A DNA stretch of 64,000 bases from Alphaproteobacteria bacterium (GCA_965243135.1 OZ251539.1:4736001-4800000); one strand, 5' to 3'; counted from the stretch's first letter, positions 19,356 through 30,794 are shown. Made by a program: numbers and translations. Notes: a model not told the origin generated them from the letters alone.

Positions 19356-20114
19356 CTATAGTCCGCTCAGGCCGAGGCCGCCGTCGACGGTGACGACCGC
19401 GCCGGTCATGTAGCCGCCCGCGGAGGAAGCGAGCAGCAGCAGCGCGCCCTCGAGATCGTCCGTCGCGCCGAAGCGGCGCTGCGGCACGCGCCGCCTGAGT
19501 CGCTCGCCGGCCTCGCCGGCGAGAAAGTCGCGGTTGAGGTCGGTCTCGACGTAACCCGGCGCGATCGCGTTGACCGAAATCCCGTGGCGGGCGAGTTCCA
19601 GCGCCATAGTCCGGGTGAGCTGGTCGATCCCGGCCTTCGACGCGGCGTAGGCGTGCACCCGCCCGGCGGCGGTCCTTCCCAGGATCGACGAGACGTTCAC
19701 GATCCGCCCGCCGATTCCGTGCGCGATCAGGCGACGGGCGACGGCTTGCGCCGTCAGCCAGCAGCCGGTCAGATTGGTCTCGATCACCCGCGACCAGTCT
19801 TCGGTCCCGGTATCGACGAGCGGCTTGTCGACGACCAGTCCGGCGTTGTTGACGAGAATCGCGACCGGCCCGAATTCGCGCTCCGCGGCGTCCAGCGCCG
19901 CTTCGATGCTGTCGGGTTCGGTCACGTCGAGCGCGACGGCGCGGGCGCCGTCGCCGATCCCGGCCGCCGCCTCTTCGCAGTTCGCGACGCGGCGCGCTCC
20001 CAGAACGACCGACGCGCCGGCCGCCGCCAGCATGCCGGCGAAAGCCCGCCCGAGGCCCGACGAAGCGCCGGTCACCAGCGCGGTCCGTCCGCCGAGCGAA
20101 AAATCCGCCGTCAT
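19356..20114 (-). CDS. SDR family oxidoreductase (LvaD-like position)
   Basis: TGASSGLG, LVNNAG, YAASK, VNAIAPG. Confidence 0.92.
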   Translation of the reverse strand: MTADFSLGGRTALVTGASSGLGRAFAGMLAAAGASVVLGARRVANCEEAAAGIGDGARAVALDVTEPDSIEAALDAAEREFGPVAILVNNAGLVVDKPLVDTGTEDWSRVIETNLTGCWLTAQAVARRLIAHGIGGRIVNVSSILGRTAAGRVHAYAASKAGIDQLTRTMALELARHGISVNAIAPGYVETDLNRDFLAGEAGERLRRRVPQRRFGATDDLEGALLLLASSAGGYMTGAVVTVDGGLGLSGL

Positions 20115-20142
20115 CGTCTCCGCTGCCGGGCCGCCCGCGGCC

Positions 20143-21003
20143 TCACAGCGCCGCCAGCCAGTTCGCCAGTCCCGTGCCGATTTCCTCGGGAGAGTCTTCC
20201 TGAACGAAATGGATTCCCGGCACCGTGATTTCCGTTTGGTTGGGCCAGGCGCGGCAGAACTCCCGCTGCGCGCCGACAAGGATCGCGCCGGGCTCGGCGT
20301 TGACGAACAGCTTGGGCACCGGCGAGACGCTCAGCCAGTCGGCGTAGGATTGGACGATTTCCGTGACGTCCGCAGGCTCGCCCTCGATCGGAATCTGCCG
20401 CGGCCACGTCAGCGTCGGCCGGCGGCCTTCGCCGGGCGCGGCGAACGGTTCGCGATACGCGTTCATCTCGTCGTCGGTCAGCTTCCGCAGGATCGAGCCG
20501 GGCAGGATCCGCTCGACGAAGACGTTGCGCTCGAGCGCGAGCTTCTCCCCCGCAGGCGAGCGCAGGCCGGCGAACACCGATCGCGACGCTTCGGGCCATT
20601 CGTCCCAGGACAACGGACGGACGATCGCCTCCATGTACGCGATGCCGCGAACGGCGTCCCGGTGGCGGTTCGCCCAGTCGAACCCGAGCGCCGACCCCCA
20701 ATCGTGAACGACGAGGACGACGCGATCCTTCACGCCGATTTCCTCCAGAAGCGAATCGAGATAATCGCGATGCTCGACGAAACGGTAGCTGTCCGGTCCC
20801 GACGGATCGAGCTTGTCCGAGGCCCCCATGCCGATCAGGTCCGGGGCGATGCAGCGGCCCATGCCGCTCGCATGGGGAATGACGTTGCGCCACAGGAACG
20901 AGGAGGCGGGATTGCCGTGCAGGAACACGATGGGGTCACCGCTTCCGGTTTCCGTCCAGGCCATCCGGAGGCCGCCGCCGACGGCGTGCTTTCTGGCCGT
21001 CAT
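20143..21003 (-). CDS. Haloalkane dehalogenase (LinB/DhaA-like, HLD-II)
   Basis: [25 protein letters not shown] (nucleophile Asp, halide-binding Trp), [23 protein letters not shown]. Confidence 0.93.
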   Translation of the reverse strand: MTARKHAVGGGLRMAWTETGSGDPIVFLHGNPASSFLWRNVIPHASGMGRCIAPDLIGMGASDKLDPSGPDSYRFVEHRDYLDSLLEEIGVKDRVVLVVHDWGSALGFDWANRHRDAVRGIAYMEAIVRPLSWDEWPEASRSVFAGLRSPAGEKLALERNVFVERILPGSILRKLTDDEMNAYREPFAAPGEGRRPTLTWPRQIPIEGEPADVTEIVQSYADWLSVSPVPKLFVNAEPGAILVGAQREFCRAWPNQTEITVPGIHFVQEDSPEEIGTGLANWLAAL

Positions 21004-21004
21004 G

Positions 21005-21787
21005 TCACTTCCCCTGAAACGTCGGCTTGCGTTTGCCGAGGAACGCCGCGATTCCCTCCTTCGCGTCGTCGGTTTTCGAAACGTCGGCGATCATGCGCGT
21101 TTCGCGTTCCATCTGGGTTTCGAGTCCTCCCGACCAGCTTTCCTGGAGCAGCCGCTTGACGCCGCCGTAGGCCCGCGTCGGCCCTGCGGCGAACGCCGTC
21201 GCGCGCGCCGTCGCTTCGTCGGCGAGCGCGTCGTCGTCAACGACGAGATCGATCAGATCCATCCGCAGCGCTTCCTCGGCGGACAGCATTCGGTTGGTCA
21301 GCATCAGTTCGCGGGCGCGCCGCATCCCGACGAGCCGGGGCAGAAACCATGTCGAACTGCCGTCCGGCGAAAGTCCCGCCGCAGTGTAGGCCAGCGTGAA
21401 CCGCGCCGACCGGGCGGCGATCGTGAAATCGCAAGCTGCGGCGAGGCTGACGCCGGCCCCGGCCGCCATGCCGTTCACGGCGCACACCACGGGAGCGTCC
21501 ATGTGCGCCATCCTCGAGATCGCGGCGTGCAGATGACCCGTCATCCGCTTCAGGTCCACGCCTAGCGCTTCTCCCCTGGAAGCGAAATGCCGGAGGTCGC
21601 CGCCAGCCGAGAACATGTCGCCGGCTCCGGTCAGCAACACCGCGCGCACGTCCTCGCGTTCGTCGCACTGGACGAACGCCTCGAAAAGCTCGCGGCAGAG
21701 GCCGGGGGTGAGGGCGTTCGCGGCATCCGGCCGATCGAGGGTAAGCCGCGCGACGCCGCCGCTGACTTCGAATAGGGATTCCGGCAT
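21005..21787 (-). CDS. Enoyl-CoA hydratase/isomerase family protein
   Basis: [49 protein letters not shown]. Confidence 0.93.
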   Translation of the reverse strand: MPESLFEVSGGVARLTLDRPDAANALTPGLCRELFEAFVQCDEREDVRAVLLTGAGDMFSAGGDLRHFASRGEALGVDLKRMTGHLHAAISRMAHMDAPVVCAVNGMAAGAGVSLAAACDFTIAARSARFTLAYTAAGLSPDGSSTWFLPRLVGMRRARELMLTNRMLSAEEALRMDLIDLVVDDDALADEATARATAFAAGPTRAYGGVKRLLQESWSGGLETQMERETRMIADVSKTDDAKEGIAAFLGKRKPTFQGK

Positions 21788-21874
21788 ATCCTTCCTGCTG
21801 CGTTGTCTTGCGCCGCCGCCGCCGATAGGCTGGATTTACACCCGAATTCCACATGGCGCAAAGGAGGCTTGGTC

Positions 21875-23485
21875 ATGCGCGGGCTCATGATGGACAAACC
21901 GCTGCTGATTTCCTCCATTCTCGAATATGCGGCCAGGTATCACGGGACGACCGAGATCGTCTCGCAGACGATCGAAGGGCCGGTTCACCGCTACGGCTAC
22001 GCCGAGGCGCAGGCGCGGGCGAAAAAGCTGGCGCGGGCGCTCGCCGCCCTCGGGATCGGAGAGGGCGATCGCGTGGGAACCCTGGCCTGGAACGGTTTTC
22101 GTCACTACGAGCTCTATTACGGCGTCTCCGGCATGGGCGCCGTATGCCACATGATCAATCCGCGCCTGTTTCCCGGCCAGATCGCCTACATCGTCGATCA
22201 TGCCGGCGACTCGCTGATCTTCGCCGACGCGACGTTCGTTCCGCTGCTGGAAAAAATCGGGACGGCGGGGGACGTCGTCGTGATGACGGACGAGGACCAC
22301 ATGCCGGACGCCTCGTTGCCGCGCGTCCATTGCTACGAGGCGCTGCTGGCCTCTCAGGACGACGACTACGAATGGCCGCGCCTCGACGAGAACGCCGCCT
22401 CTTCGATGTGCTACAGTTCCGGCACGACCGGCAATCCCAAGGGCGTTCTTTACTCCCACCGGTCGACGGTGCTGCATGCTTGGGCGTCGGCCACGCCGGA
22501 CATGCTGGGCCTGTCGGCGAGGGATTCGGTGATGCCGGCGGTTCCGATGTTCCACGTCAACGCATGGGGCCTTCCCTACGCGGCCACGATGGTCGGCGCG
22601 AAACTGGTGCTGCCCGGCGTAAGGATGGACGGCGAAAGCCTGCATCGGTTGATCGAGAACGAGCGCGTGACCCTGTCGGCGGGGGTGCCGACGGTGTGGC
22701 TCGGCCTCCTCGACTACATGGAGCGCGAGGACAAGACCGTCGAGTCCCTGGAGCGCTGCGTCATCGGCGGCTCCGCCACGCCGCGGGCCATGAGCGTCGA
22801 GATGGAGGAGAAGCACGGCGTTCGCGTGCTGCATGCCTGGGGCATGACGGAAATGTCGCCGCTCGGCACGGTCAATACCGCGAAACACGGCATGGAGGAC
22901 GAAACCTCCGAGCAGCGCTACGACCGGCAGGCGAAGCAGGGACGGCCGTGCTACGGCGTCGACATGGAGATCGTCGACGACGAAGGCCGGACGTTGCCTT
23001 GGGACGGCCAAGCGTTCGGCGAACTCAAGGTGCGCGGGTATTGGGTGTGCGAAGGATACTACAGGGGCGAAGGCGACAGCCACGACGACGAGGGGTGGTT
23101 TTCCACCGGCGACGTTTCGACCATCGATGCCGGCGGCTACATGCAGGTTACCGACCGGTCGAAGGACGTCATCAAGTCCGGCGGCGAATGGATCAGTTCG
23201 ATCGAACTCGAGAACATCGCGGTGGGGCATCCCGGCGTGTTCGAGGCGGCGGTCATCGGCGTCCGTCATCCGAAATGGGACGAGCGGCCGCTGCTTGTCG
23301 TCGTCCGCAACGAAGGAAGCGAGGCGACGGCGGAAGAGCTGCTCGCGTGCTATGAAGGCAAGGTCGCGAAATGGTGGATTCCCGACGACGTGGCGTTCGT
23401 CGACGAATTGCCCCACACGGCCACCGGAAAGCTCCTGAAAATGGAGCTCAGGGATAAATTCGCGGACTACGAACTGCCTTCGTGA
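21875..23485 (+). CDS. Medium/long-chain acyl-CoA ligase (AlkK/DmdB-like)
   Basis: [56 protein letters not shown]. Confidence 0.94.
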   Translation: MRGLMMDKPLLISSILEYAARYHGTTEIVSQTIEGPVHRYGYAEAQARAKKLARALAALGIGEGDRVGTLAWNGFRHYELYYGVSGMGAVCHMINPRLFPGQIAYIVDHAGDSLIFADATFVPLLEKIGTAGDVVVMTDEDHMPDASLPRVHCYEALLASQDDDYEWPRLDENAASSMCYSSGTTGNPKGVLYSHRSTVLHAWASATPDMLGLSARDSVMPAVPMFHVNAWGLPYAATMVGAKLVLPGVRMDGESLHRLIENERVTLSAGVPTVWLGLLDYMEREDKTVESLERCVIGGSATPRAMSVEMEEKHGVRVLHAWGMTEMSPLGTVNTAKHGMEDETSEQRYDRQAKQGRPCYGVDMEIVDDEGRTLPWDGQAFGELKVRGYWVCEGYYRGEGDSHDDEGWFSTGDVSTIDAGGYMQVTDRSKDVIKSGGEWISSIELENIAVGHPGVFEAAVIGVRHPKWDERPLLVVVRNEGSEATAEELLACYEGKVAKWWIPDDVAFVDELPHTATGKLLKMELRDKFADYELPS

Positions 23486-23491
23486 ATCGCG

Positions 23492-24325
23492 TCACGCCTT
23501 GCCGGCCTCCACGTCCGCAAGAAAGCTCTCGAGGACGCCGTTGAACAGGGCCGGCTCCTCGAGATTGAGCACATGTCCGGTGTCCGGCATGACGAACAGC
23601 CGCGCCCGCGCGATCAGGTTCTTCAGGAACAGGCCCGGGACGAGGCAACGCGCATCGTCGTCGCCGGTCACGATCATCGCGGGCGTCGGGATCGCGCGGA
23701 TCCGTTCCTCCAGATCCCACAGGCCCGGCCGCGCCGCCTGAACGCCGCGCTGCGTCAAGGCGGATCCAGCGTCGGAATGTTCGGCGAGGCGGTCGACGAA
23801 GGCCCGCCATCCGCGCGGATCCTTCCTTTTGAAGTTGCCGCGGCCGGGGGCCGATCCGTACTCTTCGGCGTAGTCGGCGGCGCCGCGCGTCTCGAAGGCG
23901 TCGGCGACCGCGAGCGACAGGGCGCGGAACTCGTCGCGCGTCTCGGGTTCCGCGCCGTAGCCGCAACCGCACACGACGAGCGACAGGGCGCGGTCGGGAT
24001 AGGCCATCCCGAAATGCAGCGCCGCGAAGCCGCCCATCGACAGGCCGACGATATGCGCCTTGTCGACGCCGAGGCAGTCGAGCACGGCGAGCGCGTCGTC
24101 GCGCGCGATGTCCTGGGAATAGCTGGCGGGATCCGTCGGGACGTCGGATCCCGGGTAACCGCGCGCCGAATAGACGATGCAGCGCCGCCGCCGGCCGAAA
24201 TGGGCCACCTGCGGTTCCCATGCCCGATAGTCGCCGGCGAATTCGTGAACGAACAGGATCGGCGCGCCGTCGCCGGTTTCCTCGAAATAAAGCCTGACGC
24301 CGTCGCTTGCCGTCGCGTATCCCAT
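23492..24325 (-). CDS. Alpha/beta hydrolase
   Basis: FVHEFAGD, GLSMGG nucleophile elbow, GHVLNLEEP. Confidence 0.9.
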   Translation of the reverse strand: MGYATASDGVRLYFEETGDGAPILFVHEFAGDYRAWEPQVAHFGRRRRCIVYSARGYPGSDVPTDPASYSQDIARDDALAVLDCLGVDKAHIVGLSMGGFAALHFGMAYPDRALSLVVCGCGYGAEPETRDEFRALSLAVADAFETRGAADYAEEYGSAPGRGNFKRKDPRGWRAFVDRLAEHSDAGSALTQRGVQAARPGLWDLEERIRAIPTPAMIVTGDDDARCLVPGLFLKNLIARARLFVMPDTGHVLNLEEPALFNGVLESFLADVEAGKA

Positions 24326-24487
24326 GGCCGCACCTCCCATCGCTCCATTATCGCGCATCTTCCCGCGCTTTCGCCAGCGCCCGGCGTCGGCGCGCCGCAG
24401 GGTCCGCTTGCGTCCGGCGGGGGCGGATGGATAATGCCGCGCCATGGGCCGGTACCTGCATATTGGCGCGGTCGGCGGCGCGGCGGC

Positions 24488-25003
24488 GTGACCGCCGCCC
24501 GGTCGACCCTGGTGATCGGCGGCGCGGCATCGGGCAAAAGCGTCCACGCCGAGGCCCTCGTGGCCGGGACCGGCCTGCCGCCGGTTTACGTCGCGACGGC
24601 CGAGGCTCTCGACGACGAAATGGCGGCGCGGATATCGGCGCATCGCGCGCGCCGCGGCTTCGAATGGACGACGATAGAGGCTCCGCTCGATCCGGCCGCC
24701 GCCCTTCTCGAGGCGGACGGCAAGGCCGTTCTGGTCGATTGCCTCACCATGTGGCTCTCGAACCTGCTGTCCGCCGGCCGCGACACCGCCGCGGAAACGG
24801 AAAGATTTCTGACGGCGCTCGCGTCCGCGTCCGGCCCGGTGGTGCTGGTCGCGAACGAAATCGGTCTCGGCATCGTTCCGGAAACCGCGACGACGCGGGA
24901 ATTCCGCGACCGGCACGGGGCCCTCAACCAGGCCGTCGCCGCCGCCGCCGACCGCGTGGTCTTCGTCGCCGCCGGACTGCCGCTTTCGCTGAAGGGCGCG
25001 TGA
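24488..25003 (+). CDS. cobU: Adenosylcobinamide kinase / cobinamide-phosphate guanylyltransferase (CobU; CobP in Pseudomonas naming)
   Basis: GGAASGKS, YVATA..DDEM..RI..HRARR, LVDCLTMWLSN, NEIGLGIVP. Confidence 0.95.
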   Translation: MTAARSTLVIGGAASGKSVHAEALVAGTGLPPVYVATAEALDDEMAARISAHRARRGFEWTTIEAPLDPAAALLEADGKAVLVDCLTMWLSNLLSAGRDTAAETERFLTALASASGPVVLVANEIGLGIVPETATTREFRDRHGALNQAVAAAADRVVFVAAGLPLSLKGA

Positions 25004-25986
25004 CCGCGATCGACCATGGCGGCGACCTTGCCGTCGCGACGAAGAGGTTCGGCCGCCCCCCGGCAGAGTGGATCGATCTTAGCACGGGCGTCAATCCGTG
25101 GCCGTGGCCCGTCGAGCCGGAAGCGGTCGCGGCTCTTCGCCGCCTGCCCGATTCCGGTCAGCTCGGGCGGTTGCGGCGGGCGGCGTCGACGGCCTACGGC
25201 GTGCCGGAGGGGATGCGGCTCGCCGCGGCGCCCGGCACCCAGAGCCTGATCCGCTGGCTGCCCCGCCTGCGCCCCCCCGGCCGCGTCGCCGTTCTTTCGC
25301 CGACCTACGGAGAGCATGCGCCGGCCTGGTCGGCAGCGGGTCACGAGGTCGCGCAACCCGGCCGCCTCCGCGAAGCGCGGGGGGCAGACGTGGTCGTGCT
25401 GACCCGTCCCAACAATCCCGACGGGAAGATCGCGAACCGCGAAGCGGCGCTTTCGCTCGCCCGCGAGCTCGCCGGACGGGGAGGCTGGCTGGTCGTCGAC
25501 GAGGCCTATGCGGACGCCGATCCGGCCGTCTCGTTGCTGAGCGCGGCGCCGCCGGGAACGATCGTTCTTCGGTCGTTCGGCAAGTTCTTCGGGTTGCCGG
25601 GGCTGCGGTTGGGGTTCGCCGTCGCGGATCCGGCGACTGCGGGCGTTCTGACCGAGGCTCTGGGACCTTGGCCGGTTTCCTCCCTCGCTGCGGAAATCGG
25701 CGCGCGGGCGCTCGCCGACGCCGCATGGCAGGCGGAGACGAGGGCGAAGCTGGCCGAAGCGGCGCGGCGCCTGAACGCGCTTCTGGCCGCGGCCGGATTC
25801 GAGCTGATCGGCGGCACGAGCCTGTTCAGGCTCGGCAGGCATGCGGACGCTCCGGCGGCCTACGAACGACTCGGCCGGGCCGGCGTCCACGTTCGCCGGT
25901 TCTCCGAGAACCCGCGCCTTCTGCGATTCGGCCTGCCGGGTCCCGAGCCGCACTGGCAGCGCCTCGAAAAGGCGCTCGCCGCATGA
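25000..25986 (+). CDS. cobD: Threonine-phosphate decarboxylase (CobD; CobC in Pseudomonas naming)
   Basis: HGGDL, WIDLSTGVNP, PNNPDG, VVDEAY, LRSFGKFFGLPGLRLG. Confidence 0.93.
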   Translation: MTAIDHGGDLAVATKRFGRPPAEWIDLSTGVNPWPWPVEPEAVAALRRLPDSGQLGRLRRAASTAYGVPEGMRLAAAPGTQSLIRWLPRLRPPGRVAVLSPTYGEHAPAWSAAGHEVAQPGRLREARGADVVVLTRPNNPDGKIANREAALSLARELAGRGGWLVVDEAYADADPAVSLLSAAPPGTIVLRSFGKFFGLPGLRLGFAVADPATAGVLTEALGPWPVSSLAAEIGARALADAAWQAETRAKLAEAARRLNALLAAAGFELIGGTSLFRLGRHADAPAAYERLGRAGVHVRRFSENPRLLRFGLPGPEPHWQRLEKALAA

Positions 25987-26582
25987 GCGTCACGGAATGG
26001 TGGCTGGTCCGGCACGCGCCGACCGTGAATCCCGGCGGCATCGTGTACGGCGCCATGGATCTCGACATAGAGGCGCCGCCGCCGGGACGGTTCGCGGCCC
26101 TGTCGGACATGTTGCCGCGGGAGCCGGCGTGGATGGTCTCCAACCTGTCCCGGACCAGGCGCACGCTCGACGGCATCCTGCGGGCCCGCGGCGTAGCCGA
26201 CGCCGAGATAATCGAAGAGCCCGCGTTCGCCGAGCAGGATTTCGGAAGCTGGGAAGGCCGGCCCCGCGCCGAGGTCTGGGCGGAAATCAGCGCCGCGGGC
26301 GTGAACTGGCCGGGAGACATCCGGCCGCCGGGCGGAGAGAGCTTTTCCGAGGTCGCGGCGCGCGTCGCGGAAGCCGCCGAGCTATGGTCGGACCGGCTCC
26401 GCGGACGTCCCGTCGTCGCGGTGATTCACGCGGGCAGCGTCAGGGGCTTTCTGGCGGCCGCGATGGGAGGGGCCGCGGGGGCCGCGTTGCGTTTCGCCGT
26501 CGATACGCTGTCCGTGACCCGTTGCGACCGCGGCGAGGCGTGGCGGGTGGCGTTCGTCAACCGGCCAGCGCCGCCGCGATGA
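25983..26582 (+). CDS. Histidine phosphatase, probable alpha-ribazole/adenosylcobalamin phosphatase
   Basis: [31 protein letters not shown]; position within the cob operon. Confidence 0.85.
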   Translation: MSVTEWWLVRHAPTVNPGGIVYGAMDLDIEAPPPGRFAALSDMLPREPAWMVSNLSRTRRTLDGILRARGVADAEIIEEPAFAEQDFGSWEGRPRAEVWAEISAAGVNWPGDIRPPGGESFSEVAARVAEAAELWSDRLRGRPVVAVIHAGSVRGFLAAAMGGAAGAALRFAVDTLSVTRCDRGEAWRVAFVNRPAPPR

Positions 26583-27321
26583 AGGCGAGGGAGAGGAATT
26601 CGGCGGCTTGCTGGGCCGCGCCGAGAACGTCGCCGGTGTGGCCGCCCAGCATCCGGCGCGCCGCCCAGCCCGTTGCGGCCGCGCCGGCCGCCGCTCCCGC
26701 GAGGCAGCCGGCCCATCCCCCCGGCGCCGCCAGGACGACGACGGCGACGGCGGCGGCGAGTCCCGAGATCCAGACCGGCGCCGCGGGGCGGCCCGCTTCG
26801 GCGGCGAGGCCGTCGCTTTTAGCGGGTTCGGTGGCGGCCATGAGGACCGGCATCGCGGCGCGGCTGGCCGCCGCGGCCGCGACGAGGGCGCCGAGCGCCG
26901 CGGCCGCGTCGCCGATCGCGGCGACGGAAGCGGCCCGCCCGCCGACCGAGACGATCAGCGCCGCCGCCCCGAACGCGCCGATCCGGCTGTCGGCCATGAT
27001 CGCCAGCCGGTTCTCGCGGGCGCCGCCGGCGCCGTCGGCGAAATCCGCCAGTCCGTCCTCGTGCAGTCCGCCCGTCGCGAGAACCAAAGCTGCGACCGCC
27101 GCCAGGGCCGCGACGGCCGGCGGACAGCCGAAGGCGGCGAGAGCCGCGTAGCAGGCGCCGGCGATCGTCGCGACGAGAACGCCGGCGATCGGAAACGCCC
27201 ACATGGCCGCCGCGAGCGGACGGTCGCGGCGCCATTCCGGAGCGGGCAGCCGGGTCAGGAAGACGACGCTCGCGTGGATGTCTTCGAGAGCGAACAGGTC
27301 GCCGAACTTCGTGGCTGCCAT
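26557..27321 (-). CDS. cobS: Cobalamin synthase (adenosylcobinamide-GDP ribazoletransferase)
   Basis: [42 protein letters not shown]. Confidence 0.95.
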   Translation of the reverse strand: MAATKFGDLFALEDIHASVVFLTRLPAPEWRRDRPLAAAMWAFPIAGVLVATIAGACYAALAAFGCPPAVAALAAVAALVLATGGLHEDGLADFADGAGGARENRLAIMADSRIGAFGAAALIVSVGGRAASVAAIGDAAAALGALVAAAAASRAAMPVLMAATEPAKSDGLAAEAGRPAAPVWISGLAAAVAVVVLAAPGGWAGCLAGAAAGAAATGWAARRMLGGHTGDVLGAAQQAAEFLSLAFIAAALAG

Positions 27322-27338
27322 GGTTTCCCCGAAATGCT

Positions 27339-28376
27339 ATGCCTTCCGCCCGGAGGAGCGCGTTGCCGGACGATATAGCAAAGCTGTTCGAAGATCTGCC
27401 CGGACCCGACGGCGCCGCCGCCGCCGCCGCGCGCGCGCGGGAAGCCGATCTCGTCAAGCCGTCCGGCGCACTCGGCCGGCTCGAGTCGCTGGCCGAGTGG
27501 TGCGCGGCCTGGCAGGCGCGTCATCCGCCGGCTCTCGACGACGTTCGGATCGTCGTGTTCGCCGGCAATCACGGCGTCGCGCGGCGCGGCGTTTCCGCCT
27601 ATCCGGCGGAAGTCACCGCGCAGATGGTCGCCGGCTTCGAGGCCGGGACCGCCGCCATCAACCAGCTCGCCGCCCTGCACGCCGCCGCGCTGCGGGTCGT
27701 CGGATTGGAGCTCGATCGTCCGACCCGCGACTTCACCGAAGCGCCGGCGATGGACGAAGCGGAGTGCGCCGCCGCTTTCCTCGCCGGTTTCGAGGCCGCG
27801 CCCGGCGAGGCCGACATGCTGGTCGTCGGCGAAATGGGAATCGGCAACACCACCGCGGCGGCGGCGCTGGCCTGCGCCCTGTTCGGCGGCGGCGCGTCGG
27901 ACTGGACGGGTCCGGGGACCGGCCTCGACGCGGCGGGCGTCGCCGTCAAGACGCGGGCGGTGGCGGCCGCGATGGAATTGCACGGCGGCGACATCGACCA
28001 TCCGCTCGAAGCGTTGCGGCGCGTCGGCGGCCGCGAGATCGCGGCGGCGGCCGGGGCGGTGCTGGCCGCCCGGCGAAACCGCGTTCCGGTCATTCTGGAC
28101 GGGTTCGTCGCGACCGCCGCCGCGGCGGTGCTGGAAAAAACCGCGCCGGGCGCGTTAGGCCATTGCGTCGCGGGACATCTGTCCGCCGAACCGGGACACC
28201 GCCGGCTGCTGGCGGCGCTCGGCATGGATCCGCTGCTCGATCTCGGAATGCGGCTCGGGGAAGGGTCCGGGGCGGCGGTCGCGCTGGGCATCGTCAGGGC
28301 GGCGCTGGCGGCGCATAACGGCATGGCCACCTTCGAGGAGGCTTCGGTCGACCGCAAGCGGGGATCTGCGCAGTAA
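27339..28376 (+). CDS. cobT: Nicotinate-nucleotide:DMB phosphoribosyltransferase
   Basis: KPSGALGRLE, FAGNHGV, VSAYP, GEMGIGNTT, LGMRLGEGSGA, MATFEEA. Confidence 0.96.
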   Translation: MPSARRSALPDDIAKLFEDLPGPDGAAAAAARAREADLVKPSGALGRLESLAEWCAAWQARHPPALDDVRIVVFAGNHGVARRGVSAYPAEVTAQMVAGFEAGTAAINQLAALHAAALRVVGLELDRPTRDFTEAPAMDEAECAAAFLAGFEAAPGEADMLVVGEMGIGNTTAAAALACALFGGGASDWTGPGTGLDAAGVAVKTRAVAAAMELHGGDIDHPLEALRRVGGREIAAAAGAVLAARRNRVPVILDGFVATAAAAVLEKTAPGALGHCVAGHLSAEPGHRRLLAALGMDPLLDLGMRLGEGSGAAVALGIVRAALAAHNGMATFEEASVDRKRGSAQ

Positions 28377-28427
28377 CTTTCCGCCGCGAAGGAGGGCGGA
28401 AAGCGATCGCCGTTTCAGGAATTGCGA

Positions 28428-28604
28428 CAGCAATTCCCGCTAAGGCCGCCGCATGTCCGGAAGGTGCGCCGAGAAGGCGAAATTACCAATGGACAAGCCG
28501 CCGCGACAAATCCCTCAGGCAAATCGCACTACCCAGAAAAATCTACGAAAAATTTTTCTGAAACCCATATTTTCCAAGAATTAGAGCTTTAACAGGAATT
28601 GCTG
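28428..28604 (+). repeat. MITE copy 1 (177 bp)
   Basis: Outer TIR CAGCAATTCCCGCTAAGG; inner TIR degenerate CTTTAACAGGAATTGCTG (15/18 match); body is the reverse complement of copy 2. Confidence 0.85.
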
Positions 28605-29419
28605 GCTATCCGACAGGGCAGCCGGTGCGGCAGAGCCTGTTTCTCAAGCGAGACAACTTCCATGAAGATATGGAGTATCGCCAAAATAAGCACTTGGCGA
28701 GACTCCCATGCTCGATTACGAGCCACAGGTAGCGCTAGACGGCGCTGCAAGGGCCATTGTCAGTGCGGCAATGGACGGCGCTGTGTCCAGCGTCGCCGTC
28801 ACTGAGCGGCGGCGGCTAACAACAGTATCACCAAGAAAGACACGCCGATGTATCCGAACGACCAGATCACGGCGCGGGTCCGACGCTGCCAGAACGCGAT
28901 GACCGCGAACAGCAGGGCGATTACCCAAGTGATTACAGCCAATGCCAACATGACCGAATGATCGCATATCAGCGGGAAATTGCAAGCGCGAAATCTTCTT
29001 TATCGTTCCGCCGCCTTCCGGGTCATTCCCGGTCGAAAGAGGGGGATTTACGGGAGGAGGAGGCAAAATTGCGAGAGCTGCTTTATCAAGCCCGCTATCA
29101 ACTCCGAAGCGCAATACCGGAGGTCGGCAATCCCTGTCGCCAAGGCAGTATGGGGATGGGTTGGCCGGCGGAAGGGACGAGATCTTGAGGATTTCCGCGT
29201 CGTCGAGTCAGCGGGCCGCTCGATTGGATCAAGCTCGCTGTCGCGGGACGACACTTGGGTCGAGACGGCGAGCGACTTGCGCTCGGCACCAAGCGGGAGC
29301 GCCGATGCGGGCGTTCACGGAGGCTGCGAAAGGGCACCTTGATAAAGGCCTACTGCCGCCCTGAGCGCGGAAGCTGCGGAACGTCATGGCAAGGGCAGTC
29401 CTCCGACCCGTCAAGCGCC

Positions 29420-30049
29420 CTACGCCGTTTTGTTCCTCCTGGAAATCTCGATGATATGACAACCATATTCCCAAGTTTTGTGGTCGTTTTTTCTCGACGA
29501 TTTCTTTATTTTTCTGTACGCGGACCAGTTCAAGTAAGTATTCATGGTGTCGCGAAGGTCTTCCTCTATAGCGTCAAATCTATTGTTCAGGTGATTATTC
29601 GGCTGGAGAGGCGCTTCATAATATACAACAAAAAATCCGCGTTGCATGGCTCCGCCATTCTTGGGGCCATATTTTTCAACAATTTGCTGAATTTCTTGTA
29701 AATCTTTAACGCAACTATCTCTAGTCCACTTGCGCTTTACCTCTACGACGCTTATGGGTTTTCCCTTACCATTCAGCATTGCGATATCGACTCGATTTCT
29801 TGGATTCAACGCCTTGCGCGCAGAACGGCGTTTAACGTCGCTCGCTTGATGAATATTCTCGATCGAAAACTCCAGTTTGAGACTCTCTTTTTCTTGTTTC
29901 TTCTGCAACTCGTCCGCGATTTTCACAACGAGAAGGCTTTCAACGCCTGCTTCTCCGATCCAGTCTCCTGACCACTTCAAATAATCCTTATGCGCCTGAA
30001 AAACGCCATTGAATATAGCCATTCTGGCCTTTTCTTTTGTTAACGCCAT
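29420..30049 (-). CDS. Hypothetical protein with PD-(D/E)XK nuclease-like motif
   Basis: AT-rich ORF with GGAGG RBS; motif E..(n)..RVDIAML..VVEVKR...KDLQEI. Confidence 0.65.
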   Translation of the reverse strand: MALTKEKARMAIFNGVFQAHKDYLKWSGDWIGEAGVESLLVVKIADELQKKQEKESLKLEFSIENIHQASDVKRRSARKALNPRNRVDIAMLNGKGKPISVVEVKRKWTRDSCVKDLQEIQQIVEKYGPKNGGAMQRGFFVVYYEAPLQPNNHLNNRFDAIEEDLRDTMNTYLNWSAYRKIKKSSRKNDHKTWEYGCHIIEISRRNKTA

Positions 30050-30145
30050 CGGTGTCCTCCACAACGAATTTCTGGATGGCAGAAGATCCCTCTAACAATT
30101 TCGAAGCGCAGGCTATCCTCTGTCATAAGGGCAGTATAGCGGTGG

Positions 30146-30370
30146 TTGGACCGGCGAGTCAAGGTGCCGGGCGACGGCGTTTGCCGCAGGAAGTCGGAAG
30201 TCCGCCTCGCTCGACCGGACGAGTGGGCCAAGTGGGAGGTCTCGTTCGAAAGAATTGCTACTTGGGGTTCATACGTTTCGCTAGCTGCGGGTTTGCGGTA
30301 CGTGGTCGCATGGCGTGGTCTGGCGCTTGTAGGTGGCACCTTCAAGCGCCGGCCGCGGAATCGTCGGCTG
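30146..30370 (+). pseudogene. DUF4338-like transposase-associated fragment
   Basis: Frameshifted EVRLARPDEWAKW, YLGFIRFA, GLRYVVAWRG.LAL..G.FK.RPR match the N-terminal region of DUF4338-bearing IS proteins. Confidence 0.55.
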
Positions 30371-30794
30371 AAAGCCCGAGCAACGGTTCTAGCGCCTGTG
30401 CCAACACGTGCTTCGCGTTGCTGACGAAGCGCTGCTGGTCCCGCAGCGTCGTTGTCGCGGATGCTGCGCTGCCTCAGCGACGACCGGCACGCGCATCGTG
30501 TCGACGGCAACCCGGTCCATATTCTCCTTCTTGAAGTGTCTCCGAACCATAAACTTGTCGAGCTCGTCGGCGTTGCAATCAACCCGGATTATGTCCCCGC
30601 GATTATGCGAAGCTCGTGATACAGGAACCAGCCGTACTCGTCGCCCGTGAGCACCTCGCTGTGAACGGCGTCGATTCTCACGATGCGATCGGAACTGACG
30701 ATGATCCGCTCGGTCGTTCCCGGCTTGCAGAAGCTGATGAACTTTATTCTTCTCCCTCCAGCGTGGCGCCCATGCCCTTGAGATGCGCGACCAT

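Noticed and set aside
28605-29400. Short ORFs in the left part of the MITE cargo
   Set aside because: Fragmentary, with no consistent frame or motif; treated as unassigned decayed cargo.
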